UHGV virus genome: UHGV-0096010
Reading direction: 5' to 3' (one strand)
DNA: 24,017 nucleotides
Source of the DNA: a virus
In this document: positions 9,840 to 19,740 of the stretch, in pieces
How positions within the stretch are numbered: position 1 is the stretch's first letter
How the letters are laid out: the number at the start of each line of letters is the position of its first letter
Position numbers and translations under genes: made by a program
Notes under the pieces: model-generated
What the model was told of the DNA's origin: nothing
Databases searched by the model: none
What the model saw: only the letters and a program-made list of their open reading frames with translations

Positions 9840-9998
9840 TCAGAAATCCTCTCTAAGCCATTTCAACTCACTAAGGAGTTTTCTTTCTTCGTTCTCTCGT
9901 TGCTTACGCTCTAGCCAGGCTTTTCCTTCTGGCGTAGACAGGAACTTACGAGCGTGAATCTTGCGGTTATTACGTTTGATAGCTGCAATGTTTTTCAT
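9840..9998 (-). CDS. small basic hypothetical protein (52 aa)
   Basis: ATG at 9998 with AGAGG SD 7 nt upstream; translation MKNIAAIKRNNRKIHARKFLSTPEGKAWLERKQRENEERKLLSELKWLREDF; not in ORF track because it is under 60 aa. Confidence 0.25.
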   Translation of the reverse strand: MKNIAAIKRNNRKIHARKFLSTPEGKAWLERKQRENEERKLLSELKWLREDF

Positions 9999-10603
9999 CG
10001 TGTGCCTCTGTATTCATATGAAAATTAACAAGTTACATACTACACAGGGAGACTACGCATAAAACACAATACAAGTAAAGATACATTTTCAAGACAATAG
10101 GAGCCATAAAGCGCCTTTGATGGTTATACCAAAAAATAAGCGCCGTAGGCGTATCCACTAAAAAGGGCTTTTTCACAAAAGCTATGAAGTCTTAGCAGTT
10201 CTTCTCTTATCAGGCACCCGTTGTACTCCGGTGGACGAAACCGTGCTAGAGCTTGATTCTTTCCCGATCAAGTTAGGTTTTGAAGAGGTGGGCTTTAATC
10301 CACTATTGCACTTAAAACTCTTCCCATCATTTAGCCTGTTTATCCTCTGCAACGTCTCACGACGTGTAGCATCATTGGACACCGCGCCAGGTGTGGAACA
10401 TCTTGCTAAGAGTTTTGGTAGAAGGTTTAGAGACGGTGGCACGTCTTCCAGCTTCAAAGGAACTTGTTACGAGGTTGAGCCTGGGAACTACTCGCCCATA
10501 CGTGTTACACTACCAAAGCCCATAACAACGTATAGGCGTTTGTAAGTGATAACAGAAGATACAATTTCTTAGAGAAGTTAAGCTAAGTTATTGATTTTCT
10601 TGA

Positions 10604-10649
10604 TGGTGCCGATAATAGGAGTCGAACCTACGACCTTCGCATTACGAAT
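10604..10649 (-). tRNA. 3-prime 46-nt fragment of a tRNA-Thr(CGU)-like gene (anticodon-loop through CCA); integrase attachment-site type repeat, not a complete tRNA
   Basis: minus-strand reading ATTCGTAATGCGAAGGTCGTAGGTTCGACTCCTATTATCGGCACCA shows a T-arm (GTAGG/TTCGACT/CCTAT), acceptor 3-prime strand, discriminator and CCA; sequence upstream of it cannot form the D-arm or 5-prime acceptor strand; matches from memory the 3-prime half of enterobacterial thrW. Confidence 0.6.
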
Positions 10650-11048
10650 TATAAGAATCCGCTTCTAATTCAAAGCATTACCCCATCAACACTGCGCTCA
10701 CACGTCCCACCACATCAAAACATGTAAAGCCTTGCAAGTCATTGCGAGGCCTTATGTGTCTCAGTTTTGTCCCACCTTGTATTACGACTTGCATAGCCAA
10801 TGAAGATAAATGTGACGACAAACGGCGCAGCAGTCTTCTTTTCCTTCATACTTTCCCCACCCAGCATGCATACCTTCTACCATAACTGTAGTGAATGTCT
10901 GTTATGAGCGAAAAGCGGACAGGAACATTCTGGTTAATAGATATCAATGCTAACAAAAAAGCTCCCGATGGAGATTTTGAAACCGCTTCCACATAATGAG
11001 ATAAAAGGATTTATTTCTGGTCATGCCCACACATTGACCACGTCGAAG

Positions 11049-11077
11049 TAAGTAGCTCCGCTTCGCGGAGTTACTTA
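11049..11077. other. strong palindromic hairpin (13-bp stem, 3-nt loop) downstream of the SIR2-like gene
   Basis: GTAAGTAGCTCCGC / TTC / GCGGAGTTACTTA; no flanking U-tract on either strand, so not a canonical intrinsic terminator. Confidence 0.35.
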
Positions 11078-11175
11078 AGATAATTTCTATGTAGTTCCAT
11101 GCTATGATTTAATTTTCAAGTTACAAAATCTAAATCTACAAATGTCCATTTGGGTGTAAAATTACACAATCCTAT

Positions 11176-13501
<2,326 letters not shown>

Positions 13502-13802
13502 TTTAATTACCTTATATATCCAAACTCTTAATTTTCTCTTTTTTACCATAGGATTAATCCAAAATAAAGACCTTGTTGACTAAACCCTCATGTACAAAAT
13601 GCACACTTACTCAAAAGGATCTGGAGGTAATCTCGACCTTCATGATTTAGTTCCTAGGGATAAGCAGAAATCTAGCACTGGATTAAAATTTAAAAATAAT
13701 AATCAATAGGTTATAATGGTTTTTATTCGCATCCATGGGATCTGCTGCTGCCCGCATGATGTTGGATGCGACGGCGATGGCACGACCTCACCCGGTGAAA
13801 CG

Positions 13803-14249
13803 ATGAAACGCGAAAGGGTTGTTCTTCGGGAAGGTGCAGTTGGACTTTCAATCGATGCCGTTGCAAAAGAGGCTGGCGTCAGTAAGGCAACGGTAATGTA
13901 CGATCATAAGTCAAAGCAAGATTTGCTCAGCGATCTCATCAGTCGCCTTATGCCAGTAGAGGAGGAACGTGTTCAGCAAGCGATAGCGGAAAGTAATAAT
14001 ACCCCACATCCCGCACTCTATGGGCGAATTATTTCAGCCAGTAATGCTCTCAGTCATACTGAGAGAGCAATAGTGCTGGCGGTCAGCGAATCGTTAACTA
14101 ACGATACGAATATCAGGGACACCATGCGTTCCTGCACAAACAAAGATTTGGATGAGATAAAAAGAGGACCAAAACCAGACGTTGCCGTCCTGGTATATTT
14201 GGCGTTATCTGGTATCTACTGCCAAGAATTTTTTGATTTTTACAAATGA
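13803..14249 (+). CDS. TetR-family-like transcriptional regulator (short, 148 aa)
   Basis: N-terminal HTH LSIDAVAKEAGVSKATVMYDHKSKQDLL fits the TetR signature; preferred ATG at 13803 with GGTGA SD; the longer ORF-track start 13716 overlaps a TATAAT hexamer and is probably not coding. Confidence 0.5.
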   Translation: MKRERVVLREGAVGLSIDAVAKEAGVSKATVMYDHKSKQDLLSDLISRLMPVEEERVQQAIAESNNTPHPALYGRIISASNALSHTERAIVLAVSESLTNDTNIRDTMRSCTNKDLDEIKRGPKPDVAVLVYLALSGIYCQEFFDFYK

Positions 14250-14576
14250 TCTCCTGGCGAGCGAGATAAAATTATCGAAGGCATTCGCTGTTTGTATGAA
14301 TCATACCCTTATAAGTCTGAATAAATAATGTCTCCGGGAATGACATTTCATGTGCGACTAATTCGCGATATTCCTATACGTAAAGGTCCGCTTTTGGCAC
14401 ATAGCAGCCCTAGAGACAGTGGCGTAAAGTCATGGAGAATCGGTGGGAGGATATTCAGTTTCATTCATGCCGAAATACGGTAAAATCTATAACAGATAGA
14501 AATCATTCAATATTCGCACTATCAGAAGCTGGCCAGCCAGCCGCAGCACTTTCTTGCATACGACGAGCCTGCGGTT

Positions 14577-15131
14577 TCATTTATCTCCGACCGGAAACTT
14601 CTTATACAGTGTCGATACACCAACATCATAGATGATCGCCACCTTCTGGCGAGGAATTCCTGCTGCAATTAATCGTCCGGCCTGCGCCCATTGTTCTGGT
14701 GTAAGTTTGGGACGACGTCCCCCAATTCGTCCCTGTGCGCGAGCAGCTTCCAGTCCAGCTTTTGTTCGTTCAATAATCAGTTCTCGTTCCATTTCAGCCA
14801 GGGCACCCATCACATGAAAGAAAAAACGCCCCATCGGTGTGCTGGTATCAATAGCATCCGTCAGGCTGCGAAAATTAACGCCACGTTCGCGCAACTCCTC
14901 AACCAGAATGACCAGATGCCGCATACTACGCCCCAGCCGATCCAGTTTCCAGACAACCAGTGTGTCACCTGCCGATAATGTCCTGAGCAGTTTTTTCAGT
15001 CCCGGCCTTTCGGACTTTGTACCGCTTATCTTGTCTTCAAAAATCAGCTCGCATCCTGCACAGTTCAACGCATTACGTTGTAGATCTGTGTTCTGGTCAT
15101 TTGTTGATACGCGTACATAGCCAATAAGCAT
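14577..15131 (-). CDS. pin: Gin/Pin/Cin/Hin-family serine DNA invertase
   Basis: start at MLIGYVRVSTNDQNTDLQRNAL; conserved VWKLDRLGRS, GRFFFHVMGALAEMERELIIERT and C-terminal HTH GIPRQKVAIIYDVGVSTLYKK; lies immediately beside an invertible tail-fibre segment. Confidence 0.9.
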   Translation of the reverse strand: MLIGYVRVSTNDQNTDLQRNALNCAGCELIFEDKISGTKSERPGLKKLLRTLSAGDTLVVWKLDRLGRSMRHLVILVEELRERGVNFRSLTDAIDTSTPMGRFFFHVMGALAEMERELIIERTKAGLEAARAQGRIGGRRPKLTPEQWAQAGRLIAAGIPRQKVAIIYDVGVSTLYKKFPVGDK

Positions 15132-15185
15132 GGTAGATCCCCCTGACAAAAGCAGGAATGATGCCATTTGCTCGTTATTTCTGCA

Positions 15186-15211
15186 TTTTCATAAACGTTG
15201 GTTTGAGAGAA
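15186..15211 (+). other. invertase crossover site (gix/hix-like), distal
   Basis: TTTTCATAAACG-TT-GGTTTGAGAGAA; imperfect 12-2-12 dyad matching the Hin/Gin site pattern, inverted relative to the partner site at 17052-17077. Confidence 0.7.
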
Positions 15212-15832
15212 GGTTCATTTGGGTTCAGAAATCTGGTTACCTTCACAACGGCTGGAGTAACAAGCTGGACTGTTCCTGAAGAGTTGCGCAAAGGAAGAAA
15301 ATGTTACGTCAAAGTTATTGGTGGCGGTGCGTCAGGAGGGATAGGTTCAACAACCGCTTCAGCCGTTACATGTGGCGGAGGAGGTGGTGGGGGCGGAGTT
15401 GCTGAGGGACTGGTAGATTTAACTGGTATAAACAGTGTTTCGATTACGGTTGGTGCCGGTGGTGCGCCTGTGTCTGGTATTTCTGTAAACGGTAAAAATG
15501 GTGGCTCGAGCAGTTTCGGGACTTACATGTCAGCTTCCGGAGGCTATAGCGGAGGCCAGCCTTCCGGAGGGTTAGGCGCAGTTGGTGTCGGGGGAACAAT
15601 TAATACATCGCTTGGGCCAGGTTCTCCAGGTTCCATTGCTTCTGCCGCATCGGGGGCTGGTAATGGTGGTTCTGGTGGTGGCCCCGGAGGAGCAGGTTCA
15701 TTCAGAGATACAGCTAACGGAAAAGCGGTATCAGCAGTTGGGCCTGGAGGTGGCGGTGCAGGATTATGTCCTAATTCATCAACGGGTCAGTCGGGTGCCG
15801 GAGCAGATGGCGCAGTTTATATTTACTGGTGA
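15200..15832 (+). CDS. alternative tail-fibre C-terminal cassette (silent orientation), glycine-rich
   Basis: open frame from the crossover site to TGA at 15830-15832; no start of its own; begins ...NVGLREGS like the expressed fibre at its crossover (...NLGLGEGS); Gly-rich with poly-G run, resembling adhesin-tip regions. Confidence 0.55.
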   Translation, partial: GLREGSFGFRNLVTFTTAGVTSWTVPEELRKGRKCYVKVIGGGASGGIGSTTASAVTCGGGGGGGGVAEGLVDLTGINSVSITVGAGGAPVSGISVNGKNGGSSSFGTYMSASGGYSGGQPSGGLGAVGVGGTINTSLGPGSPGSIASAASGAGNGGSGGGPGGAGSFRDTANGKAVSAVGPGGGGAGLCPNSSTGQSGAGADGAVYIYW

Positions 15833-15839
15833 GGTTCAT

Positions 15840-16010
15840 ATGTGGGCAAGAATTGAAGAAAATAAAGTAGAAGAGATAACGGAAATTAATCCTGAAGGAA
15901 GATTCCATCCATCATTAATATGGAAAGAATGCCCTGCTGACACACAGCAGGGGGATTTATATATTGATGGTGAGTTTATTGCGCAGTCTCCGGCAGTTCA
16001 GGCCAGATGA
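15840..16010 (+). CDS. small ORF (56 aa) downstream of alternative cassette; candidate alternative fibre chaperone or truncated tfa-prime
   Basis: ATG at 15840 with GGTGAGG SD 7 nt upstream; converges on and overlaps the 3-prime end of the minus-strand Tfa gene. Confidence 0.35.
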   Translation: MWARIEENKVEEITEINPEGRFHPSLIWKECPADTQQGDLYIDGEFIAQSPAVQAR

Positions 16011-16584
16011 CATCCGGCGCGGTGCTGGTATCTGTTGCCGTCACCGCGTCAATGTAATCCAGCACGGCGTTAAGTCGGGTTGTTTCTGCCAGCGTCAACT
16101 TCCGTCCGGCCTGTAATTTCAGCTGAATCAGACTAATGGAAGCCATTGCTGCATCAATCAGTGACTGGCGCTGTGCTTCTGCCGCGTCTACTGCGGCACT
16201 ATGCTGTGCCTCAGTATCGGTCACCCATTTCTCACCATCCCATTTATCATATGGCGTTAACGGGGCGATAGTGGTTGTATTTTCAGGGTAATCACCCGGA
16301 GCTGTGATTTCTTTCGATTCTCCTGTTTCGGTGCTATAGATGATTTCACCGCGATGGTCTGGCACATATTCCCATGAGTTAAAATCTGCAGAACGGCAGA
16401 TTGCATAACCAGTTTTGTATGAGCCAGGAGCATCTAAACAGGAACATGCCGGAATGCCGACACCCACAGCAAGATATTCATTTGAAGTGGAAATATATTC
16501 CCGTATTTCACCATCATAGTTATAGACGGTAATATTCCCTGCCTTCGTGGCAATAATCTCGCTATTTAATACAGCGTTATCCAT
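15976..16584 (-). CDS. tail fibre assembly protein (Tfa / gpG-gpU family)
   Basis: 202 aa; ATG overlaps H stop by 1 nt (TAATG); C-terminal region with W..KW.TDTEAQ...STAPDVIWPELP typical of caudoviral tail-fibre assembly chaperones. Confidence 0.75.
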   Translation of the reverse strand: MDNAVLNSEIIATKAGNITVYNYDGEIREYISTSNEYLAVGVGIPACSCLDAPGSYKTGYAICRSADFNSWEYVPDHRGEIIYSTETGESKEITAPGDYPENTTTIAPLTPYDKWDGEKWVTDTEAQHSAAVDAAEAQRQSLIDAAMASISLIQLKLQAGRKLTLAETTRLNAVLDYIDAVTATDTSTAPDVIWPELPETAQ

Positions 16585-17885
16585 TATGCAGCCCTCACAA
16601 TATAATTAAAGGCAATGTTACGTGGGCGGTTCTCATTTGCGGTTGGGACAACGGCTGAAGCATTAAAATTCGCATACAGGGAGCGTTGATACCCGGATGC
16701 TGATGCACCACTTAATGCGGGAGCTTTTGACTCCGAAGCCGAAAAGGCCCCTGACACGTATCCTAATAACCCTTGTGAATCGCCAATTGAACTGTAGCCA
16801 ACCACCCCGGTAATGTTTCGGATAGCATCTCCTTGTGCTGAAAGCAGAGTTCGCCCACTATCCACTCCCTTTCCACCATCCCAGCCACGAATAAACTCAC
16901 CGCGTAAATCAGGCAATTTTAACGTCGGGTAAGCCTTTGCCAGATTAGGGTAATCTTCAGCAGAAAAAGCCGCACCGTTGCATTTCAGCCAGCCTGTTGG
17001 CGGTGTGGCTGAAGGCCATGGAACAGGCACACCAACAGGCAGCGCAGAGCCTTCCCCTAAACCAAGGTTTTGTAGAAAAACAGAAACGTTTTCTATGTCT
17101 GAACCATTTGCCGATTTATCCATCTTTCCAGCGAGTGAATTTGTTACGGTGGTAGCAAAGTTAGGATCATTACCCAAAGCCGCAGCAAGTTCATTCAGCG
17201 TATCCAGCGCTTCAGGCGAAGAGCCAACCAAAGCAGCAATAGCAGCCTGAACGAAAGCTGTATTTGCAATTTGAGTAGAACTATCTTTGCCTTCCGCCGT
17301 TGGCGCAGTCGGCCTGCCAGTAAGAGCGGGACTTTCTTTTGGTGCGTATTGTTTATGCGGATCAGCCGCAGCTACATGCGCTGCCATTTTCTGATCAACA
17401 TAGCTTTTCACCTGGATGATCTGATCATCAACATACTGTCGGGTTGCCAGAACTACCGAAGGGTCAATTTTCAGCGTTACGGCAGCGGTGCTGCTGACAA
17501 TCAGGATCATGCGTACAACCTGTACGCGCCCGCTTCCCTCCTGTAACTGCGGCTTATACGTTTCCGCACAGTTGGCTACGGCAATCATATCGCCGTCTTT
17601 ATCGAATAAACCGATTTCACGGATCCACCACCCGCCCTCGTCTTCAGGGATCACCTGCTCGGCAATAATCTGGTTGGCGTTATTCGGGTCAATGCTCAGA
17701 CTATTAAGCGGCTTGCGGCGCAGCTCATGAACCAGCGCCGTTTGTGCCGGGTTCGGCGTCGGCAACACGCCGTTACCATCGCCTACAGCCATCTTGGTGA
17801 TTTCAACCTGCGCACCCAATGCCGTGGCATTTGCCAGTTTCGCCGCGCCCACATTGGTTAGCACGGCATAATATTTAGTCGCCAC
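16584..17885 (-). CDS. H: tail fibre protein, P2 gpH-like N-terminal domain with tail-collar-type C-terminal variable region
   Basis: N-terminus ...NVGAAKLANATALG...MAVGDG...AEQVIPEDEGGWWIREIGLFD...AVANCAETYKP...EGSGRVQVVRMILIVSS and internal TQIANTAFVQAAIAALVGSSPEALDTLNELAAALGNDPNFATT match remembered P2 H; C-terminal LPDLRGEFIRGWD collar motif; GTG at 17885 with GGAG SD preferred over ORF-track TTG at 17906. Confidence 0.8.
   Translation of the reverse strand: MATKYYAVLTNVGAAKLANATALGAQVEITKMAVGDGNGVLPTPNPAQTALVHELRRKPLNSLSIDPNNANQIIAEQVIPEDEGGWWIREIGLFDKDGDMIAVANCAETYKPQLQEGSGRVQVVRMILIVSSTAAVTLKIDPSVVLATRQYVDDQIIQVKSYVDQKMAAHVAAADPHKQYAPKESPALTGRPTAPTAEGKDSSTQIANTAFVQAAIAALVGSSPEALDTLNELAAALGNDPNFATTVTNSLAGKMDKSANGSDIENVSVFLQNLGLGEGSALPVGVPVPWPSATPPTGWLKCNGAAFSAEDYPNLAKAYPTLKLPDLRGEFIRGWDGGKGVDSGRTLLSAQGDAIRNITGVVGYSSIGDSQGLLGYVSGAFSASESKAPALSGASASGYQRSLYANFNASAVVPTANENRPRNIAFNYIVRAA
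17052..17077 (-). other. invertase crossover site (gix/hix-like) inside the tail-fibre gene
   Basis: minus-strand reading TTCTACAAAACC-TT-GGTTTAGGGGAA, encoding ...FLQNLGLGE...; partner of the site at 15186-15211. Confidence 0.7.
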
Positions 17886-18489
17886 TTGCGATCTCCACGG
17901 TGTCAATTAAATGGATTGCCGCCCCGGTGTAATCATCACCGCCCACGGCTATGGTTTCAGGAAAATACGGGTACACGGTTAGCGTATCGCCGGAATAACT
18001 GCCCGCGCCGATATACAGATCGCCGGTTGTTTGCAGGTGAAGAGACATTCCCAGCATATGACGGCTGCACGGCTTCACATCGGCGATCAGGCGTTCAAGT
18101 TCCTGATAGGTTTCTTCACTAATGCCCTGGTCTTCCACGCCAATATCCAGCGTGAAGGTGCCCGGTGCGGTGTCGATGTTCCACCACTCGTTAACCCGGA
18201 TGAAGAAGCCGAACGGCTCCACAACCCGGCGCATGGCGCCCGTTGTACCCTTGTACTTATGCAGGTAAAACGCATCGGCCACCGCCTTTCGTTTTGTGTT
18301 TATCGGCCAGGCCTCATCCCAGCGATCAACGGAGAAGGCCCACGCCAGATAGGGCAACAGATCAGCCCGACACGTCCACGGGTTCCACAACTGGCGCAGC
18401 GGCACGGGCACTTCACCCAACGACGCACAGACGCGCGCGGCGACGCGCTCCATTCGGCTGGCGCTGGGTGGTAACAGGTCATTACTCAT
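17875..18489 (-). CDS. I: baseplate assembly protein, P2 gpI-like
   Basis: preferred ATG at 18489 (MSNDLLPP...); LLPP...LW.PW.C...LLPYLAWAFSVD.W pattern of the phage tail protein I family; synteny J-I-H. Confidence 0.7.
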   Translation of the reverse strand: MSNDLLPPSASRMERVAARVCASLGEVPVPLRQLWNPWTCRADLLPYLAWAFSVDRWDEAWPINTKRKAVADAFYLHKYKGTTGAMRRVVEPFGFFIRVNEWWNIDTAPGTFTLDIGVEDQGISEETYQELERLIADVKPCSRHMLGMSLHLQTTGDLYIGAGSYSGDTLTVYPYFPETIAVGGDDYTGAAIHLIDTVEIASGD

Positions 18490-19393
18490 CGTAACCACCC
18501 ACCGTTATGGTGTATTCGGTGCAGTGCGATGCCTGGTAGTCACTCAGCACAATATCCGCAACAGGCTGCGCCAGTTCCACGCGCTGGACGCCTTCGACGT
18601 GCAGGGCGGCGTAGATAGCTGAAAGACGGATATCGCGCCCTAAGCGATTCTGCGCGGCAATATACGCCTGTAACTGCTGTTCCGATGCCTGCCGGACGGG
18701 TTCAGCTTCCGGCCCCGGATAGATGTAAAGCGTTGCATCAATCTGATACGGCACGATCTCCGCAGACTGCACCGTTACCCTGTCGGCCACCGGGCGCACT
18801 TCTTCATCGTTCAGGGCAGCAGCGACCACGGAAAGCAGATCATCGCTGGCCGTTCCGTCACCTTCGCGCGACAGCACCGAAATGGTGACGCAGGCAGGCG
18901 TAGGACTCACCGCCGAAATATCAGCTACGCGCCCGTCTGCTGAACGCCCCCAAAATTCATACGCCGCAGTTGGCCCGGCCACGCTCAGACCTTCAAAAGC
19001 CTGCTGGGTACGCGTGCGTAAATCTGGGTCTGACTCCATCACGGCTTCAATTGGCGGTGTAACGCTGTCGTCTTCTTCCTGAATGGTCAGACGTTCAACG
19101 TTGAAATTGACCGCCAGATTATCCAGATCGCTATCCGTGGAATAAGCCAGCATCACCGCGCGGGCTGCTTCATTCACCCGCTGGCGCAACAGCAATTCGC
19201 GATAGCAATTCTCTTCCAGCAGCATGGTGATCGGCTCCGATTCAAGCTCAAGCGTGCGGGCGATCTCTTCCTGCTCGTCTTCCGGGTACATCGCAATAAA
19301 TGCCGCCTTGCGCTGCGCGAAAAGCGTTTCGAAGTCCAGCGGTTCAACCACCACGGGCGGCGGTAGCTGCGATAAATCGATCGTGCCGCTCAT
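18482..19393 (-). CDS. J: baseplate assembly protein, P2 gpJ-like
   Basis: 303 aa; N-terminus IDLSQLPPP...EPLDFETLFAQRKAAF...YPEDEQEEIARTLELESEP...LLEENCYRELLLRQRVNEAARAVMLA closely matches remembered P2 J; ATGA overlap with W. Confidence 0.85.
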   Translation of the reverse strand: MSGTIDLSQLPPPVVVEPLDFETLFAQRKAAFIAMYPEDEQEEIARTLELESEPITMLLEENCYRELLLRQRVNEAARAVMLAYSTDSDLDNLAVNFNVERLTIQEEDDSVTPPIEAVMESDPDLRTRTQQAFEGLSVAGPTAAYEFWGRSADGRVADISAVSPTPACVTISVLSREGDGTASDDLLSVVAAALNDEEVRPVADRVTVQSAEIVPYQIDATLYIYPGPEAEPVRQASEQQLQAYIAAQNRLGRDIRLSAIYAALHVEGVQRVELAQPVADIVLSDYQASHCTEYTITVGGYDE

Positions 19394-19740
19394 GCCTGGC
19401 CCCTCAATGTAATATCAGCGTTAAATGGCGTCTGATTGTCGGTGCGATTGGCCTGGATAGTGGCAACCAGCCGACCGGCACCCGGCGCGCTCAGGGTGAT
19501 ACTGGTCAGAGAGATCCGCGGTTCCCATAAATACAGGGCGCTGTAGATGGCAGACATAACGCGCAGCTTCGTTATGGCGTTATCTATCAGGTTGAAAAGC
19601 TGCGAACCGTAAGCGCGGCGCATTACACGGGAACCGATCGGCGTTAACAGAATATCGCCGATAGACTGCGCTATATGCTCGTTGTCGGTGATGGCATGGC
19701 CTGAACTGGCATTCATGCCGCTGTAACGGACTGTACTCAT
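19390..19740 (-). CDS. W: baseplate protein, P2 gpW-like (gp25/GPW family)
   Basis: 116 aa; ...HI.QSIGDILLTPIGSRVMRRAYGS... typical of the GPW/gp25 family; synteny V-W-J. Confidence 0.8.
   Translation of the reverse strand: MSTVRYSGMNASSGHAITDNEHIAQSIGDILLTPIGSRVMRRAYGSQLFNLIDNAITKLRVMSAIYSALYLWEPRISLTSITLSAPGAGRLVATIQANRTDNQTPFNADITLRGQA

Larger units (their letters stand above)
15186..17077. other. invertible tail-fibre DNA segment (~1.9 kb) bounded by inverted recombination sites
   Basis: inverted 26-bp sites at both ends; contains the expressed fibre C-terminus and Tfa on the minus strand, and an alternative promoterless fibre C-terminal cassette plus small ORF on the plus strand; both sites keep the same reading frame across the central TT. 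Confidence 0.7.

Noticed and set aside
10182-10545. Two mutually overlapping ORFs on opposite strands (10182-10457 minus, 10231-10545 plus)
   Set aside because: Both translations are low-complexity with no ribosome-binding sites, and they overlap almost completely; the region is more likely non-coding flank adjacent to the tRNA fragment.
10604-10690. Complete tRNA gene on the minus strand
   Set aside because: Only the 3-prime ~46 nt fold as tRNA; the upstream sequence gives no D-arm and would need three G-U pairs in a 7-bp acceptor stem and an 84-nt length, so it is treated as an att-type fragment.
13716-13802. N-terminal extension of the TetR-like ORF (MVFIRIHGICCCPHDVGCDGDG...)
   Set aside because: The start codon overlaps a TATAAT promoter hexamer, the extension is Cys/Gly-rich and unlike TetR N-termini, and a better start with SD exists at 13803.
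14432-15120. Plus-strand ORFs overlapping the invertase gene (14432-14635, 14632-14817, 14691-14978, 14839-15120)
   Set aside because: Antisense to a very well-supported Pin/Gin-family gene; translations are low-complexity.
15582-15839. Upstream part of the long plus-strand ORF 15582-16010 overlapping the glycine-rich cassette in another frame
   Set aside because: An alternative-frame shadow of the Gly-rich cassette (translation MVSGEQLIHRLGQ... with no support); only the portion from the ATG at 15840, which has an SD, is retained as a candidate gene.
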